Shown: piece after piece, positions 47,371-60,034 of the stretch
How positions within the stretch are numbered: position 1 is the first letter of the stretch
Layout of the letters: each line of letters opens with the position of its first letter
Translations under genes and position numbers: made by a program
The notes under the pieces: generated by a model
What the model was told of the DNA's origin: nothing
Seen by the model: only the letters and a program-made list of their open reading frames with translations
The model's database searches: none
Origin: Ylistrum balloti
Taxonomy: Eukaryota
Assembly (NCBI RefSeq): GCF_031769215.1
Contig: NW_026781865.1
Span: 186,001-250,000 of the forward strand
DNA: 64,000 nucleotides
Direction of reading: 5' to 3'

Positions 47371-50179
47371 TTTCAGGAATTTATTAATACTTTTTAACTT
47401 ATTACTGATTTGTTTGGTTATTATTGCCTGAAAATTGATAATTGATTTGGCAAAACATTACATGTGTATTATTTACTTTAATGGACACCAATTGTACGTC
47501 TGTTTATGTGTGAAAATACATAATTCTTACAAGAATAGGCTTGCACTTTTGTAAACAGAACAGTTTATCACACATGAAAAATTACAGTAATATAATAAAC
47601 ATACGTGTGAGGAAAATAAGTACAAAATGAAAAAAATAATGAATTGGATGGGAAACCAAACATACACCCAAACTATACACCATTATATCACAAAGATAGT
47701 TCAAGGAAAGAAATGAGTACAACTAACAACATCATTTTATTAATAAATGTTTGATATGTGGAAATGCTTTATTTGGTAAAAGGCAGTATCCATTTATCGG
47801 GGTGGTTTCTGACGGGCCTTGATGTAAGTGATTACAATTTGTCCTTTCGTTTGGTTCTTTTCCTTGGAGTTTCGTGTTTTAGCATTCTTGTTTTTTTTAG
47901 TGGATGGGTAATGAGGGTCGTTAGGTTTTCTTTTTTATTACTTGATTAACTGTTTAGTTTAACATTTTTGTTGAAATATTTCGCTTGCTGTCAGCACATA
48001 TATTTTGTCAATCAATTCCGAAAATGACAATAGCCCGAATAGGCAAACATATGAATTAAATCACAATATAAAAATAAAATTTAATTCAGCTATTATTTTT
48101 TTGTTTGTTTATCTATTTATCCATATATTTATTTTTTTTTTCTAATTATTTAGCAAGATTCTTTTTAAAATATACTTTGTTTTAATTGTAATTATTAAAT
48201 AAGAATATTACTCTTGTTGCAACGCTTTATATATATAATTTCTATAACAAAGCAGGTTTTCCACTTAGATAAGAGGACTGGTAATTTACACTTTGGGCGA
48301 ATAGATCTAATTGATTCAATAATATAATAATTGTTTTATGTAAATTGAATGTATACTGTTCTTATATTACTATATCAGTTTTCAAGGAGATAATAAACTG
48401 TGACTGTCGAACCCTGGAAATCGATTAATTTTTCAATTGATGATATTTCTTTCATTTATTCATACGACTATATACGGCATGAGAACTGTGACAAATAATA
48501 ATTTAATCAATAAACCCTTAAACATTTCTTACCCTTACCCAGTTTGTTTCAATGTCTTCTTCACAAAATAACAAATATTATACATTATTTCATAGAAATA
48601 TTTTGTATTGATTTGTGTATATGTGAATGATCTGATATTTGATAACGATTAACAGAATTAAATTTAAGCAAAAGATCTAAATCAATCTCGGGTGTTTAAC
48701 GTCTTATCATTTCAACTATTTCTTATGAACACAAGCAAAAATAGAGAATATGTTATAAAATTACAAGTTTAAAAGGGTAATATTATGAGATTGAGAAAGC
48801 AGAAATATTTCCATAATTTTATAAAAAAAAAAAAAAAACACTTTTTTCACCAATGCATACCTACACTAAATGCACCATGACAATATTATACGAAAAGTTC
48901 GCACATACATTAATGCGTTGAGTGGAAAATAAGTGAAGCAATAAGTTCATTTCTTTGCAGCACTTTAAATTGAGATGGTGTGAAAGGGACATAAATCCTA
49001 GCATCAATACAATTTAGATTATTTTAGATTATTAAATACTTTGGTTTAATGGTAATTTAAATGCATACAATGGATTATACTTACCTCGACTTAACTATTA
49101 AGTTACATATGTATTGCTTAATTCAATCCCTTAATGTTAACGTGAAAGTTAATAACCCTTACCCCATACTTGTACGATTGTTTACATCTGTGAAGACACT
49201 TTTTAACACTTTCCTTCAGGATTTGTCTTCCGACCCGATTTCAGCGGCGATCGCCCCAACCAACGTCGTATATTCATCGACCGGTCCTGTATACAAATAT
49301 AGTCACATCAAAAAACATTTGTATTAAAATGAAAGTGGTATATATTTCGGTAATTTTTTCTTTGATGCTCAATGCTCTTTTTTGATTGTTAAATGCATCA
49401 TTCAGTTGCATTGTGACAGATTTGTTTTTTACAATTGGTGATCGGAATCAACATTATTGCAATCACTTGTAAGCTTGCAGGTTATATGATTATGATTGTA
49501 AGAATCTCACCAAATGATATATTTGGAAAACTTTGTTGCCTCTGTTTACCAGTGAAGTGATCGGAATCTCCTGGAGTATTGTCAGGTATTGTAATGGTTG
49601 CCACAGGTTCCATTTTATTTGCTGGATAACATTAAGAATGTGACGATAATGTAATGTGAATTTATTCTCATACTTACATTTAAGACGCACTTACGATGCA
49701 ACAAGTAAATTTTGACTACTTTGAAAGTTAAATTTTAGACTGATCAACAATATAATAGGTATGTCTAACTATTTTCAAATGATTGAACGTATCCTACTTT
49801 ATAACGTTTCAAATGATAACACATCAAAAATAATTGACATAATAGGAAAAAGTTTTTATATTGTTTAGTTTGGATAATAATAACGACAGACGATAATAAT
49901 TTGTTTATTACACATTGCGTCAATGACTCTTCTCGCATGTTGTCGAATATGGACTATCAGAAAGAATTTATCTATATCTTACATTACCAAGGGGATGTTA
50001 CTCTAATCGCCAGTTATTATAACTTTTGTAACATTATGTTATATATGTAACATAAGTATGTGATTAGATGAAAAGAGGAATAAATCTTACAGTATAATGA
50101 AACGTAACTCTTATCGCAAGCTATTTTGACATGTGTAACATTATGTGACATATATAACATAAAAGTATGGTTAGGTGTA

Positions 50180-51130
50180 AAGAAAGTTAACCCAATTTTT
50201 AAAGAGGGTGAGAAAAGCGTTGTCAGTAACTATAGACCAATATCAGTTTTACCTGTCCTGTCTAAACTTCTAGAAAAACATGTTCATTCTACCTTGTATA
50301 GATTTTTAACAGAGCATAACTTAATTATTGAAAACCAATCTGGTTTTAGAAGTATGCATTCTTGTCAAACTGCTTTAACAGCTTTAACAAACAGCAACAG
50401 GGTGAAGTATAATGAGTGTATACTGATGTATAAAGTTATCAACAAACTATGTCCAAACTATCTAAATTGTAATACCCTGGTCTCCAATGTCCATAACAAG
50501 AAAACTAGGTCAGCAACTTCAGGTAAATATGTATTACCTCAACACAAAACTGAAAAATTTAAAAGTTCATTTATATACAATGGTCCTTTACTCTGGAACA
50601 GTTTACCAGTTACTGTGACTGGAAGTGGGACATTAAAAACTTTCAAGGTGGAATGCAAAAAACACTTTTTAAATCTATCTTAGTTATGATTCTAACTACT
50701 TTCCAGTGGCCTTGTAAGGTTTTAGTACTATGACTATCCAGTAACTTTTAGTTTAGAATTAAATGTCCATCTTTTTAGCTACAACCAATCAATTTTAATA
50801 TATGCTATATTAGCGTATAGTCGGTTAAATTTTATTATTTGTCACATTGACATATATGTATATTGGACACTTAAATATGTGTTTTAATTCCAATATATAT
50901 GCATCATGAGCTTTATGTAGTGCACTACTTTTAATTAATGATCCAAATTAAAACTATCATTATGTTCACTGTGATACATTTACTCTATATGTGATGTTAT
51001 AACCTTTTAATAATACAATGTAATTTAATGTTGTAAATACTGTACATTTTACTGTCGACCGCTTGTAAGAAGAGTCTTTGACTCAAAGTGTTATCGACCT
51101 GAAATAAAGTCTATTATTATTATTATTATC
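50180..51130 (+). mobile_element. 5'-truncated, internally deleted CR1/L2-clade LINE with 3'UTR and (TAT)n tail
   Basis: KVNPIFKEGEKSVVSNYRPISVLPVLSKLLEK..NQSGFRSMHSCQTAL is fused to C-terminal MYKVIN..RSA..FKSSFIYNGPLLWNSLP. 3' hairpin gagtc-ttt-gactc, AATAAA, and a tattattattattat tail. Confidence 0.9.
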
Positions 51131-51168
51131 ATTATATTCTCTTATCATGTAAATTTTACATATAAGTA

Positions 51169-51480
51169 CTAAAGATTTATAAATAAGTCCATCATGCCAG
51201 ACGCTTTACTTTTATCACAGAACACCTTTCTAGCTTCTTCACCGTTTTCTAAATGCCTAACAATTTTGTCATAAATAATTAATTGTTGATTAACAGCAGA
51301 ATCTTTTGGTATGAATCCCGATTGATTTTCAGAAATGATCTTGTATGTTAAAAAGTAATTTAACATATATTTTAAAACTATTTTTTCAAGTACCTTACTA
51401 AAGATAGGTGTGACAGAGATTGGCCTGTGATTGGATGAGTCAACTTTTCCACCTTTTCCCTTATAGACTTCTGAAACATT
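51169..51480 (-). mobile_element. Second CR1-type LINE RT fragment, opposite orientation
   Basis: VYKGKG..SSNHRPISVTPIFSKVLEKIV..ISENQSGFIPKDSAVNQ..VFCDKSKA. Confidence 0.88.
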
Positions 51481-51580
51481 CATTACAACCATGACATCAT
51501 TCCATCTTTTTTGGACAAGAGAAGTGACGTCACCTTCTAGGATGATCACGCTTTATCACCTTCACACGTATCCCCTTATC

Positions 51581-51653
51581 CTTACCTAACCTAACATAAC
51601 CTAACCCTAACCCTAACCTTTAACCTAACCTAATATAACCTAGCCTAACCTAA
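51581..51653. repeat. Telomere-like CCCTAA/CCTAA degenerate tract
   Basis: cctaacctaacataacctaaccctaaccctaacctttaacctaacctaat.. Confidence 0.85.
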
Positions 51654-51879
51654 TCGTAAACCTGTCGTTTTCAATTGCTTTATTACATCAAAGATGTATT
51701 TATACAAAACTGCAATCATGGAAGCGGTACTTATAATACCTTGAATACAGTGAAAATAAATTAACAATGTAAGGAAACGATAATAAGGATCAAATACAGT
51801 CTAAACAACTCTAGTTCTAGCAACAATGTAATTCATTGTATTTTTCGACAAATCAGGTGACAGGTGACACCTTAAAGTA

Positions 51880-53275
51880 AAAGAGACTAAGCGTCCAAAC
51901 GACACCATACCAGGAAGAAGACAAACCAAAAGCTGCAAAGGAAAACCCTAAAGGCAGAAAACAGAAAAAAAGCTGGAAATCTGATGGACAGACCGAAAGC
52001 AGCAAAGGAAACCCCTAGAGGCAGAAAACAGAAAAAAAAGCTGGAAATCCGGTGGACAGACCCAAAGCAGCAAACGAGAATGGATATAAATGCCTTGATG
52101 AGGTGTTTAAAGCAACTGAATCTGTCCATTGGGTAAGAAGAGCAGAAGCCGAAACAGATCAAGATGAAGACATCAATGAAACAGCAGAAGCCAGTTCAGA
52201 AAAAACCTGACACAGCGCAAAAGCAAGATGGAAACATTTCCAGAAACAATGATGAAGCATCAGAAGCCAACGCATAAAAATCTTACACAGCACAAGCTCA
52301 AGATGTGGATTTTTTTACAAATAACCCATCAGATGATGAAATATCTTGTACTAGTACTTTATCTGCATACAGAGGACTAGACATGAGCGTAACTTTATTG
52401 TTAAGCCACAAAAACAAAACCAAAAAAAAAAACTGCGGACTCCCCAGGACTCTGATGACGATCTAGATAGAGAAAGAGTTGGGCATTCCTTAGACGACAT
52501 ATATTATGTTGAGAGAACCGAACACGAAGGCACCAAGAAACATCAGTGAGGCCTGTGACGAAGACGTTGATGATTCAGATAAAGACCAGGACTTTAAACC
52601 ACCATCTCCAAAAAAGAACTTCTAAACCAGTCGTAAACAGTAACAATGACACAACCAACCTAGAAGGTCAGCCCGTTACCGAAATTTAAGACAATGTGGA
52701 GAATTCAGAGCGCAAACACCGAACGAGGACAATAGACCGGCCAGTTTGGTCTCCCCGGACTAGAACTTGGAAGCAATGGCCACTGTGACAAGCAACTTCA
52801 GGAGGTGTATGCAATTAGCCCGAATGGGTCCAAGCTCTTAACAAAGAAAGCTCGCTTCGTAACCAAAGATGCGGAAATCTTTAGGGGACACCTGGATGAC
52901 CTCCATCAGCGGCATCGGAGAAGGTTCAAACACCACCACAACCGAAACCACAAAAGCAGCAAGCAAAGAACATCACATCAGCCTAAATCCTGCAGACTTT
53001 AGTCAGTCAGCGACCCAGTTCGCAACTTTGGTCCTAGGTATCGAACGTCTAAAAGACGAAAATGTCTCGCAGTTAAACCACCTTATGGAAGGACATAGAC
53101 AAAGAGTTAGGTCTAGAAACAATAACCAGGTATGATAAGCTGCACCTGGCAGCAAGAGGTCAAAGACAAATACACGCCTGTAACCATAAAGAGCTTCCTG
53201 TGTTTCCTCAAAGAAGTCATGAACTTCCTGGAGGTAGAACAGCCACACGGAACACTATTGGAATGGGTTTTCGTT
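51880..53275 (+). pseudogene. Decayed coding sequence, probably from a mobile element (possibly Crypton/tyrosine-recombinase-associated)
   Basis: Purine-rich coding-like composition with frameshifts and stops; 67/68-bp tandem repeats; acidic DSDKDQDFKPP; KDKYTPVTIKSFLCFLKEVMNFL. Confidence 0.4.
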
Positions 53276-54948
53276 TTTTAAACAATTTCTTCTTGAGATG
53301 AAAGGTGAAAATTTATTAGATGTACCATTTACGATAGCTATGAAGCACTTATTTTACCAGATGTTATTAAGAAATATAATTTGAGGAATCAATTATTTTT
53401 ATCGAAAAAATTAGAATAAAATATTCAGTAGCAGTAGACCTAAATAGGATAGATTTAAATGTGAGGAAGTGTTAATACAAGTATATTTGGGGGAAAAAAT
53501 GTCGCCACCTTGACGGCATCCTTATCATGTTTTCAGCATCAAGTTCAGTTTGTCGCTGCGCAGACTTCTTAAGATTGCGTTGTACCCTCTTGATCCGAAA
53601 TGCTGCTGTATGCATTTTGTTAGCATCGGTGTATAATACACCGGACAATTCTAGCTATAACAGCTAAGACATTAAGACCTTATGCATTATACAGGTGGGC
53701 GTAATCACGTGTTCTGATAAAATTCTTAATCTACTGATTAGCATAACAAATTTACAAAGGTGGGGTCAACATTTGGCCCCCACATAGATTTATTTTTTCG
53801 CCAGTTGTAGATACATGAAAATAATCTACAACCGCATAAATGATTAGTCATTTTAACTACTTATCTTCATACTGGACACCAGGTTGTGCGACCAAGGTAC
53901 TCTAACATAATGGCAAATACTTGCTACATGACGATTTTAAATGAAAATATTTATATAACAGTCTAAAGTACATAAAATGTCCGTTATTGTGATACCACAT
54001 ATGTTATATTGGCATAAAAAATGTAAACATATTAATAACATTGATTTTAAAGAATGCAAAAAAAAATTCACAAAATAAAGAATTGATCAAAGTTTGTCAT
54101 GTTCTTTTTGTATAGTTGCAATCACAGTCTATATTTCATACTTCTTAAAAACTTACTACGTATATATGCTGTCTATTGAATAAATTTTAAGTGATTTCAA
54201 AACCGGTAAAATATATTTCTAGCAATTAAAACTTGCTTATTGCATAATTTACCATAATCATGAAGATTTAATTTTCGTTATTTTTGTGCCAAACACTGCC
54301 ATATTTTCCAGTTTTTGTAGTACCAAAGCACTTAAATATTTTGTATTTGTTTCAAAATTAAATTCAGTAGGTATATCTTAACATGGTGTTTTCTGCATTA
54401 GAAATCTATCCTCTAAAGAATAACTGACTGTTCAGTTTGTATTATAAAACTTAGCAATGATTAAATACTCGGTATTACTGATAATATGTTATTGTCATCC
54501 CACTTTTCTTCGTTTATAATTAAACTTAACAATAATGGATATAAATTAGTTAGATATTCTACTTAATACTTATTAAATGAGGCCAGAAAGGATAACCTTG
54601 TCCGACATCAGAATGTGCAAGTATGTTAATTTCCTGAAACATATAAAGGTATTACTATAAAGTATTCATACCATTTTTGCTATGTATCTATAGACAATTA
54701 CATAAACAAAGTTACACTTATGTCAGACATTTTGTATTAAATTCAAAATACTGCACATATCCCATCAAGTCTACTAATAATCATGTCAGACGTGTGCATA
54801 AGTCGTGGTTGCAAAACCAGGTTGAAAGATTTATCTCAAGGACCCCGAGCTCAAGTAAGACATGTATATTTACCCCAGTATAACTGGCTGCACCAGCTGC
54901 TGACTGCTGAGTGGAAATTGCTACAAGCGGTACCTCAAGCAAAGGCCA

Positions 54949-57240
54949 TTGCAGTCTGAATTGTATGAACCTTCTGGTATGAGCAATCCAGATGACCTGG
55001 CGAATGATGCAGATGATGGTTACACTGATATCATGTCATCCGACCAATTACCACTAATCTCTGTTGAGAAATTATTTTATGGTGGCAATTCACATAAAAG
55101 ATGTGTCATATGTGGAAAAGAGGGCACTGACCTATGCACTATACCCCAGCGTGCCACGACAAACGTGATATTTTTTCCATTTTCTTTGGTGTCCCTCTGA
55201 TGTTTGCAATGACCATTGTTATGTATAAATGTTGTGTATTAATCCAAATTCATATGTGCCATGTTGACATGCCTTGTATCATATTGATTGTTTACATAAA
55301 AATTTGTTTATAATTGTCACAATATGTGTAGATAGTGCTAGGCAGATTTTTCTAGAAAGCTCGGTTACTAGAATGACCTGTGTGTTTCCGGAAGTTTCTA
55401 AATCTGGAAAGTTCGGTTATTAGAATTACCTGGGTGTTTCCGGAAGTTTCTAGAGACACATGTAAACAAGCTAGGTACCTACTAGTCTAGAATCATCTAG
55501 AAAAGAACTTTCTAGAAACCTTTAGTGTACATAAGCATGATGGAACTGAGTCTGGGCAGCCTTTTTGAAGTATTAACGCCTTGAGTGAGTTTACTTTGAG
55601 ACTTCAGTCTGTGAAGGGTGGACTTTTACGGTGATTCAATGATAGTGCCTTGTGGACTTGCACTTATATATACCCAACGAGGAAACAATTCTTGGATTAG
55701 TCTTCGGATACCCTGTTTTCTGGACAATCTTTTGTGAATTCTGGTGGATTTGGAGGACTTCCATCGCAAGATAAGTTCTGACTTTTGATTAATTAGTGGC
55801 TAGCTCTGTACACCATCGCAATATTTGTAAGTGTACTGCATAAAATTTATTTGTTGTTATTAAATTGTTGAATTGTAAACCTAGCTGTTGGGTTTCATTT
55901 GCTGTACGTTAATTCCGTAACGTAACAGCATGTAATTGGTTACATTCTGAATCCTTCTTTGGCACTAGATCTGTAAACAAGGGAACCGTTAGCTCTTCAT
56001 CTTCAAGAGAGAGCTAATCAGGTTATCAATGACCTTCTTGAACTAAGCAATTTCCTTTCTGCTGGTACTCCAACCAACACAGGCATAGATGTAGACCATC
56101 TCAGAAATGAAGAATTCACAGCATGGACTGGTTACACACTTGAACAAATGCAGCAAATCCATAGCATTTGCTCCTCATACATCAATAGAGGATCACGTTC
56201 CTCTACATTCCATGCTTTGTTTCTTTTCTGCGTTAACTGAAGACCAATATTTCATGGTCTCAACTTGGTGTCCTGTGTGGTCTGACAAAAAACAGTATGT
56301 GACTCACACATTTCATAGTGTCTTAAAAGCTTTGAGCCAGACCGTTTCCTTGGTCCAAGACACATCACCAACGAGGACGCTAAGTGACACAACACTGCCT
56401 TTACAAGATGTTTCTACCGGGACAAAGTAACTCTAAACCTTGTTGATACCTATATTTATGTCAAAAAAGTGCTGATCACCCCCTTCAAAGATCCTCATAC
56501 TGGGGGCAAAAGAAGCGTAACTATGTTTAATTCATGAGCATTGTCTTTCCAGATGGTTATGTAGTAGACACTATTTGGGCTTTTTATGGCAATGCAAATG
56601 ATGCAAATATCTTGACAAAATTGTTGGAACAGTTGTGCACCTGACCTTGTGGCTTAGTGAAGATGACAATGTGATTGTTGACCGGGGGTTTAGGGATGTG
56701 TTGGAGCTGTTGCGAGGTTCAGGGTTTTCTGTGTACATGCCTTCCTATCTTCTGTCAGGTCAGACACAGCATGATACACTTACTGCCAACGAGGACCTCC
56801 AGTGCACTAAAACAAGATGGGTTGCGGAGAGCTACTATGGTCCACTGAAACAGTGGAAACTGCTTAGAGAACAACTCAGCTCAAACTACTTCCTTAGTGT
56901 CATAGAGGAACTGTTTAACGTAGCTACTGATTCCTTGAATGCTGTACGTGGACCAATTTATGTGTCTACACCAGAGAGGAACTTGAGGGACCGTCGCCTT
57001 GCTGCGCGAATGCTATCCCGGTTGGCTCTGCCCAACACAGTACTTGATATGGAATATTTAGAAACAGTAACCTGCGAATCATACCAGTTGAACGTAGCAC
57101 CCAGATATATTGCTGAGCATCTGACTTATGCTGGAGACTTTGAAGTTTGGGTATATCAGCATGATGAAAATCTTCTCCGAGACCAAATACATTCGAAGGC
57201 ACAAATCCCAGTCAAAATACAATGTTTGGATTGCGTTTGA
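54949..57240 (+). pseudogene. DDE_Tnp_4-type transposase pseudogene
   Basis: ORF fragments 54949-55200, 56107-56430 region and 56635-57240, with frameshifts and stops; DRGF and RWxxE motifs. Confidence 0.85.
55217..55927. mobile_element. Solo LTR (711 bp, probably Gypsy-type) inserted in the transposase
   Basis: TGTTATG...CGTAACA termini (6/7 inverted), 4-bp flanks CCAT/GCAT. Removing it restores the reading frame CNDHVIGYILNP. Internal ~52-bp tandem duplication at ~55351-55452. Confidence 0.8.
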
Positions 57241-60034
57241 CATAATCTCTCTAATAAGGTCACTTTAGTGACCTTCATCAAAAGATTTGTATCTTCAAAT
57301 TGTGAAACTAGCATAAAAATGTCTTTATTTTAACTGATTTCATTTGTGTGACCTTGTACAGAGGTCAAGTTCAACAATGTTAACCAAACTGATACAAATT
57401 GACATGAAAAAATACCTTGTCAAACAGCAAGACCTGCAGACTTTTGGTAATTAAGCTGTCACTATTTAACGAAAATGTTTCTTGGTTTTTTAAGCAAATG
57501 TGTAAAATGACAAATTTACCGGTTTTCATTTTTTCCAAGAATCCTTCGTTTGAAAGATATCATCTGTGGCCAACTTTTAAGCAAGTTTGAAAAATTGACT
57601 GGTTTCGGAAGTATGAAAATTGAAGTGTCCAAAACAGTACTTTTTTTCGAAAGTAATTGTTTTTAATATGAATTTTGGCTGTAATTTTCAACATTTAAGA
57701 AATGTTTCTCCTGAAAAAGTGTGATATGTGGTATCACAATGTTGGTTGGTACAATGTGCACACATTAATGACATAATTTCATTGGAATTGCCTTATAATA
57801 ATGCACTAGAAGGAATTACATTTAACTACTTTAACACCCACCAAGGCGGCAGTCAAGGAGCTTCCATTTTATAAGAAATCAATTCCGAGACTAACTTTTC
57901 CTTATTTAAGATTCTGATACCAATATCTGTTTATGGTTATCACATTTTGAAATTCCAAGTGGGGGCCGATGCTAATCTTAAATTCCCATTTATGTTGATC
58001 CCACCTTAAAGAGTTCAATAGAGTAGTACCAATCAATTAAATAAACTTTATCATACGGCTGTTTCATTCTTCTTGGACTCGTTGGTGACAGAGGAGTTTG
58101 GTGTTTAAAGGTTATCTACGTTTGCAAACATAACATTATATCTTCATTTTTACCGCAGTGCACTTTTTGTTTTGCAAAACAGACTCGATGGTTCGATTCT
58201 TTTCGTCTTTATTTCTCAAATTTTCAAACCAATAAAGAAAAAACCCTGTAAACAAAACACATACAGTACATACGTCTTACACACAAACAAACATACTTGC
58301 ATACATGGAATAGTAAAAGGGCAATAACTCTGTCGACAACTACTATTATAGAACAGATATATTCTATGAAATGTGCATAGGCAATGATATTTAGAAGTAT
58401 ATAATTTACAAATTTTACAAATGAATATATAAATTCATTTATCCAATCTAAACGGTGGTTATTATGTTCTTTATGAAAATATATATATATATATATCATT
58501 TCTTACAAAACTATTGCTGTAACTCACACAATTTACAAATATTTAGTTAAAAACACAGCTATAGCTTAAAACATCCCGAACCCATCAGACACTCACCCAA
58601 CAGCTATGGTGTGGAGGTTTCTTTGAATTTTTCCTCAATGTAAATATTCTGGATTATCCAACCAGAAGCTTTTCTCTAAAGTAATAAATTTACCTCATAA
58701 ATACTTGGAGACTTATGAACATATGGTAATACATAGAAATAGAATTCAACCAAAAGGATACTTTGATCTTAACAGACTCAATGTCACTTTGGCCTTGAAA
58801 TTACTCAATGCAAAAAAGTCCCAATTATAATTTTATAAGAATAATTGAATCAGATAAAGTTGTTTAACCTCAATTAAAATACAAAATTGTAGATTGCCTA
58901 CATTTTCAGAAGTATTGGTTATCCAAAAAGTATATTAAACAAATAAAATAAAAAAAATTCACCAGATAAATGCTTGAGTTCTCTCCAACTCGAAAACATG
59001 TCATGGTGTTACTGGTCAGGAGCAGAGTGCCCAAGGTGGCCGAAACCCCTATCCATGTAAACTAAGGCACCTACCCTGACCAATCATATTGCCTGTCCCA
59101 ATCACACATTTCCTTAAAAGCATTATCTTTAAATACAAAACATTATTTCATATTAGGACATAAGAAACCACGAAGTTAACATTGAAACAAGCAAAGTGCT
59201 TAGATACTTGGGCACAATAAGAATAAAACTCTCATAAATGGGAATGACCAAGATAGAGCAAGTCAGAGACTGACGCTCATTCCATCGTGCCTGACCATGT
59301 CCTTGTGCGAACATCGGAAGACATTTATACCATTGGGTTTGAGGAGCGGTAAACAGAAAACATGCTTGATCAAACGTCTTACGTCATTCTATGTCCGCTT
59401 TATATATTTTGTACATGGGGCCAAAGACATATTGCTAATGTATCAGGTTATTTTATATCCATGCCACTTCATGGTTGGTAGCATATAGCAATACCCTTGA
59501 CAGTCATTCCGTCTTGATTTAGATTCCACTCATCTATCTTTAATGAATTTTTTTATAGTCAATAACTTTTACGATGTGAAGGCAGTTAAAAAATCATCAA
59601 AACCGGCCAATATGAAAACCTTGTCTAACTTTAGTGTAAGTTTAAATAAACCCCTGCATTCGAATATTAAATTTCGTTTCAGATTATATACTATAGCTTC
59701 TGGAACTTCAGATTTATAGAACATTCTTTATTATCGATTCTGCAGACAGAGCATTGGTTTCCTTCCAGATTCTGTACCATGTACTTTTCAGTCGTGTATC
59801 CAATTTTATTCTTTACCATTGATTCAGTAAACACAACCTTTCATTTCCTTGCTCGTGAGTACACCTCCTATTACTCCTTTCAATTAAAGCCAAATTGCAC
59901 TAAATTGTTCCTAATTTCCTCCTTGGTCGTCGGGGTTTAATTTCTCTCTGACACAACTCGTTCTATATACTTATAGATCTTTACATCCCATGTAACTTTT
60001 TTAACTGAATTTAGACGCTCATCAAACATATTCA

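Larger units (their letters stand above)
53757..58007 (+). mobile_element. ISL2EU/PIF-Harbinger-group DNA transposon, inactive, with long diverged TIRs
   Basis: Broken transposase at 54949-57240: HKRCVICGK, EFTAWTGYT, DTYIYVKKSADHPLQR, DGYVVD, NDANIL, DNVIVDRGFRDV, KTRWVAE. Inverted blocks: 53757-53772/57992-58007 (15/16), 53986-54002/57724-57740 (17/17), 54199-54210/57515-57526 (12/12). Confidence 0.85.

Noticed and set aside
2906-51532. About 11 perfect CRE palindromes (TGACGTCA)
   Set aside because: Five are in the mucin exon and follow from Met/Val-Thr-Ser-type codons. The rest are scattered, apart from a pair at 37135/37168, with no promoter context.
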